Shown here in pieces: positions 61,566 to 64,000 of a stretch of DNA of 64,000 bases. Made by a program: the position numbers and the translations under genes. Under the pieces are notes generated by a model that was given only the letters and a program-made list of their open reading frames with translations, was not told where the DNA came from and did not search any database. This DNA is from a virus, in the IMG/VR virus record IMGVR_UViG_3300045988_157167, positions 11,551-75,550 of that record. One strand, given 5' to 3'. Position 1 is the first letter of the stretch, and every line of letters starts with the position of its first letter.

Positions 61566-62566
61566 CAATCATTAGGGATATAAAAACATTGTATTTCTTT
61601 TGTATCTGTAGCTGTAAATATTTTACCATGGCCTTTGCCTCTAAGTTCAGTTAATGCATCATAATCTCCACAAACCACTTTGCTTGCTTCTTTAGTATTA
61701 ACTTTTAATCCTATTTTAGTATTTATATTAGATTTAAGTAAACCTGGCAAAACTTCAGCATACGGTGTTTGAGTTGTTAATATTACATAAATATTAGCTG
61801 CTCTACCTTTAGACAATAATTCACCTAATAACTTATAAATAATTTTATTTTCTTTAGGATCAAAGGTAGCTAGTTCCTCAATGATTAAAAATATTGATTT
61901 AAATTTTTTATTATTTTTTCTTATTTCAAGATATCTTTTATTCATTTCATTAATTAATCTGTTTAATATTTCTTCTATACCATTAATACCTTCGCCATAG
62001 TATACAGCTTTATCCTTATATTTATATAAATCAATATACTTAGTATCTTGAATGTACAATTCAACATCTTTTCTTTTAATAAGATTATTTATAACAACAT
62101 TTAAACAAACTGATTTACCACTACCCGTTGCACCTGCAATCAATAAATGACACTCATTAGGTGAGTAATATTTCCAGTAGACTATATTTCCATTATCTAA
62201 ATCTATTCCTATTGGAACACCTTTTTTATCATTAAACAAATAATCGTTATAATTATTGTTAATTACACCATCTGTAATACTAATTAATGCTAAATTGTTT
62301 TTATATTCAATTTTTAAATTATTCTTTGGGACTTTAAGAAAAGTACTTATGTCTAATTTATGTTTTATAAAATCATTTATATTTAAACCTATTGGAATAG
62401 TGAAATAATATTTATTTACGCATTGGTTAATCAATAAAGGATATTCTTCGCTTCTATTACATAATTTAATTTCATAAAACAACCTATCCCATTGATCTAT
62501 TTTGAAAATCATATTATATAAAGAATTAGCAGCATTAAAAATGCCATTTACAAATAATTTAACCAA
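61562..62566 (-). CDS. FtsK/SpoIIIE-family DNA translocase ATPase
   Basis: GATGSGKS Walker A and FLIIEE Walker B. Confidence 0.8.
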   Translation of the reverse strand: MVKLFVNGIFNAANSLYNMIFKIDQWDRLFYEIKLCNRSEEYPLLINQCVNKYYFTIPIGLNINDFIKHKLDISTFLKVPKNNLKIEYKNNLALISITDGVINNNYNDYLFNDKKGVPIGIDLDNGNIVYWKYYSPNECHLLIAGATGSGKSVCLNVVINNLIKRKDVELYIQDTKYIDLYKYKDKAVYYGEGINGIEEILNRLINEMNKRYLEIRKNNKKFKSIFLIIEELATFDPKENKIIYKLLGELLSKGRAANIYVILTTQTPYAEVLPGLLKSNINTKIGLKVNTKEASKVVCGDYDALTELRGKGHGKIFTATDTKEIQCFYIPNDC

Positions 62567-63134
62567 TTATTTCACCAACCTTTTCAATCTTTACATTATC
62601 ATAGATAACTTTCATATCTATTAATTTTTTATTCAAACCTTGATTGTTAATAACGTAAAGCAAAGGCATGACCTCCCAATTTGTATTATTAATTATAACT
62701 TCTTTGAAATTGTAATACTTACTAATACAATCATGTGGGCTTAATTGTACTTCTAATAATATTTTTTTTGTTCTGTTATTCTTTTTTACATTTATATAAC
62801 CATCAGAAATTATATTGCCTAAAGAAAAATTTTTCTTAAATTCTATAATTTCATAATTGTTTTTAATTAATTTTACAAGAAAATCAGTTATATAAAGATC
62901 ATGTTCCACTAATTTCTTACTTGGCTTTTTGTCTAAATAATAAACATAAACACTTCTAGTATTTTCTACTTTAAACATTTTTCTATTTACATAACCATCA
63001 TCAGCTAATCTTTTCAATCTTCTCAAAGGTACATTTTGATGCTTATTTTCAAACAATAATTCTTGCACTTGTTTTCTAGTACATATTCTACTTAATGTTA
63101 AAAATTCTAAAATCTCCATATCTCTATTTGTCAT
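62559..63134 (-). CDS. Replication-relaxation family protein
   Basis: N-terminal wHTH (RDMEILEFLTLSRICTRKQVQELLF). Typical pairing with an FtsK-like ATPase on Firmicute plasmids. Confidence 0.6.
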   Translation of the reverse strand: MTNRDMEILEFLTLSRICTRKQVQELLFENKHQNVPLRRLKRLADDGYVNRKMFKVENTRSVYVYYLDKKPSKKLVEHDLYITDFLVKLIKNNYEIIEFKKNFSLGNIISDGYINVKKNNRTKKILLEVQLSPHDCISKYYNFKEVIINNTNWEVMPLLYVINNQGLNKKLIDMKVIYDNVKIEKVGEIIG

Positions 63135-63381
63135 AATATCACCTCTTACATATATGATATGTATAAGGTATTAAATATGTGATAACCTTTTAAAAAATAT
63201 ATGATTTATCGTGTGATAACTAATGTAAAGTAGGTTTTTTCTAGTTCACACCTTAAAATAAGTATTTCACTAGTTTTGGGGTTGTCCAACTGCAAGGTTT
63301 AAATAAAGAAAAAATACAAGATAATATATTTTTATATAATACACCGGACCAATCTAAATTAGTTTTTATTTATTTTTTCAA

Positions 63382-63413
63382 ATAAAAAGAGCAGCTAAAT
63401 TAATAACTGCTCT
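63382..63413 (-). terminator. Rho-independent terminator
   Basis: 7-bp stem agagcag/ctgctct plus TTTTATTT on the minus strand. Confidence 0.6.
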
Positions 63414-63423
63414 ATGATCTTAC

Positions 63424-63609
63424 TTATTGTAACCAGCTAGAATCAAAATTTATTATCTTTTTAATAATTAAAAAAATATAAATCAGAGTTGTTAAAATTA
63501 GTACAGAGTAACTAATTCCAAACACTTTAAAAGCTAAAGCTACTACTAAACTATAAATAAGCAACATTAAACTATATTTAGAAATATAATGCATTACTTT
63601 ATAAAACAT
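63424..63609 (-). CDS. Small membrane protein
   Basis: Two hydrophobic helices. Confidence 0.5.
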   Translation of the reverse strand: MFYKVMHYISKYSLMLLIYSLVVALAFKVFGISYSVLILTTLIYIFLIIKKIINFDSSWLQ

Positions 63610-63650
63610 TTTTACACCTCTATTTTTTATATAAATAAGTTCACAATATT

Positions 63651-63941
63651 TTATCTATACTTATTTAAATAAGAAAGTCTATCTTTTATATCTTTATGTA
63701 TAATTTTTTGCTTTTCGACAAACCTTTTTCTGCTAATTTCCATTTGTTCCTTAGATACAAATCTTTCATACTTACTAATTTCTTCATAATTATACTTAAA
63801 CTCTGCTTCAACTTCACTTCTATCTAATAAGTAGGAAACATCATCCCAAAATAATTTTTCAGCATCTGCAGTAGTAAACTTTTGATTTTTTATTTGTCCT
63901 AATTTTTTTTTACCTTCAACATCTAGCATTTGAATAGTCAC
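63651..63941 (-). CDS. Hypothetical protein
   Basis: ORF track. Confidence 0.5.
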   Translation of the reverse strand: MTIQMLDVEGKKKLGQIKNQKFTTADAEKLFWDDVSYLLDRSEVEAEFKYNYEEISKYERFVSKEQMEISRKRFVEKQKIIHKDIKDRLSYLNKYR

Positions 63942-64000
63942 TGTTTTACTAAATGTATAAGGTATAAGATATTGAACATTTTTTATTTTATATCCTGTTC

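Overview
AT-rich, Clostridium-like (Firmicute) siphovirus-type phage-plasmid segment with more than 90% of genes on the minus strand. All functional calls come from motif recognition by eye; no database search, covariance model or folding program was run. Modules, reading the minus strand from right to left:
- Plasmid-like FtsK and replication-relaxation pair (61.5-63.1 kb).
- Lysis cassette (59.6-61.2 kb).
- Xer-type tyrosine recombinase on the plus strand, split by a frameshift in an A7 run.
- ParM/ParR partition locus.
- CopG, antisense RNA and Rep plasmid replicon.
- Homing-endonuclease-like genes.
- A non-autonomous IS200/IS605-type element carrying IscB and its omega-RNA (51.6-53.4 kb).
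- Three tandem promoter-terminator mini-cassettes.
- A cI/cro-like switch (49.6-50.8 kb).
- DnaD/DnaC-type replication genes and SSB.
- An AAA-ATPase/RecT/MBL recombination module carrying a second, divergent IscB/omega-RNA locus (42.4-44.0 kb).
- A long early/middle region: sigma-like factor, NdpA-like protein, two SNF2-type helicases, DNA methyltransferase, two MazG, ThyX, dCMP deaminase, IbrA/IbrB-like pair and ERCC4 nuclease.
- terS.
- A 4.2-kb mosaic insert: structured RNA candidate, RHH gene, GIY-YIG endonuclease, serine recombinase, then tRNA-Gln, an ~870-nt structured RNA candidate and tRNA-Arg.
- terL, portal, capsid and tail genes.
- A tape-measure gene split by an ORF-less group II intron.
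A 20-bp motif recurs five times in one orientation. Two of those copies sit in near-identical promoter architectures.
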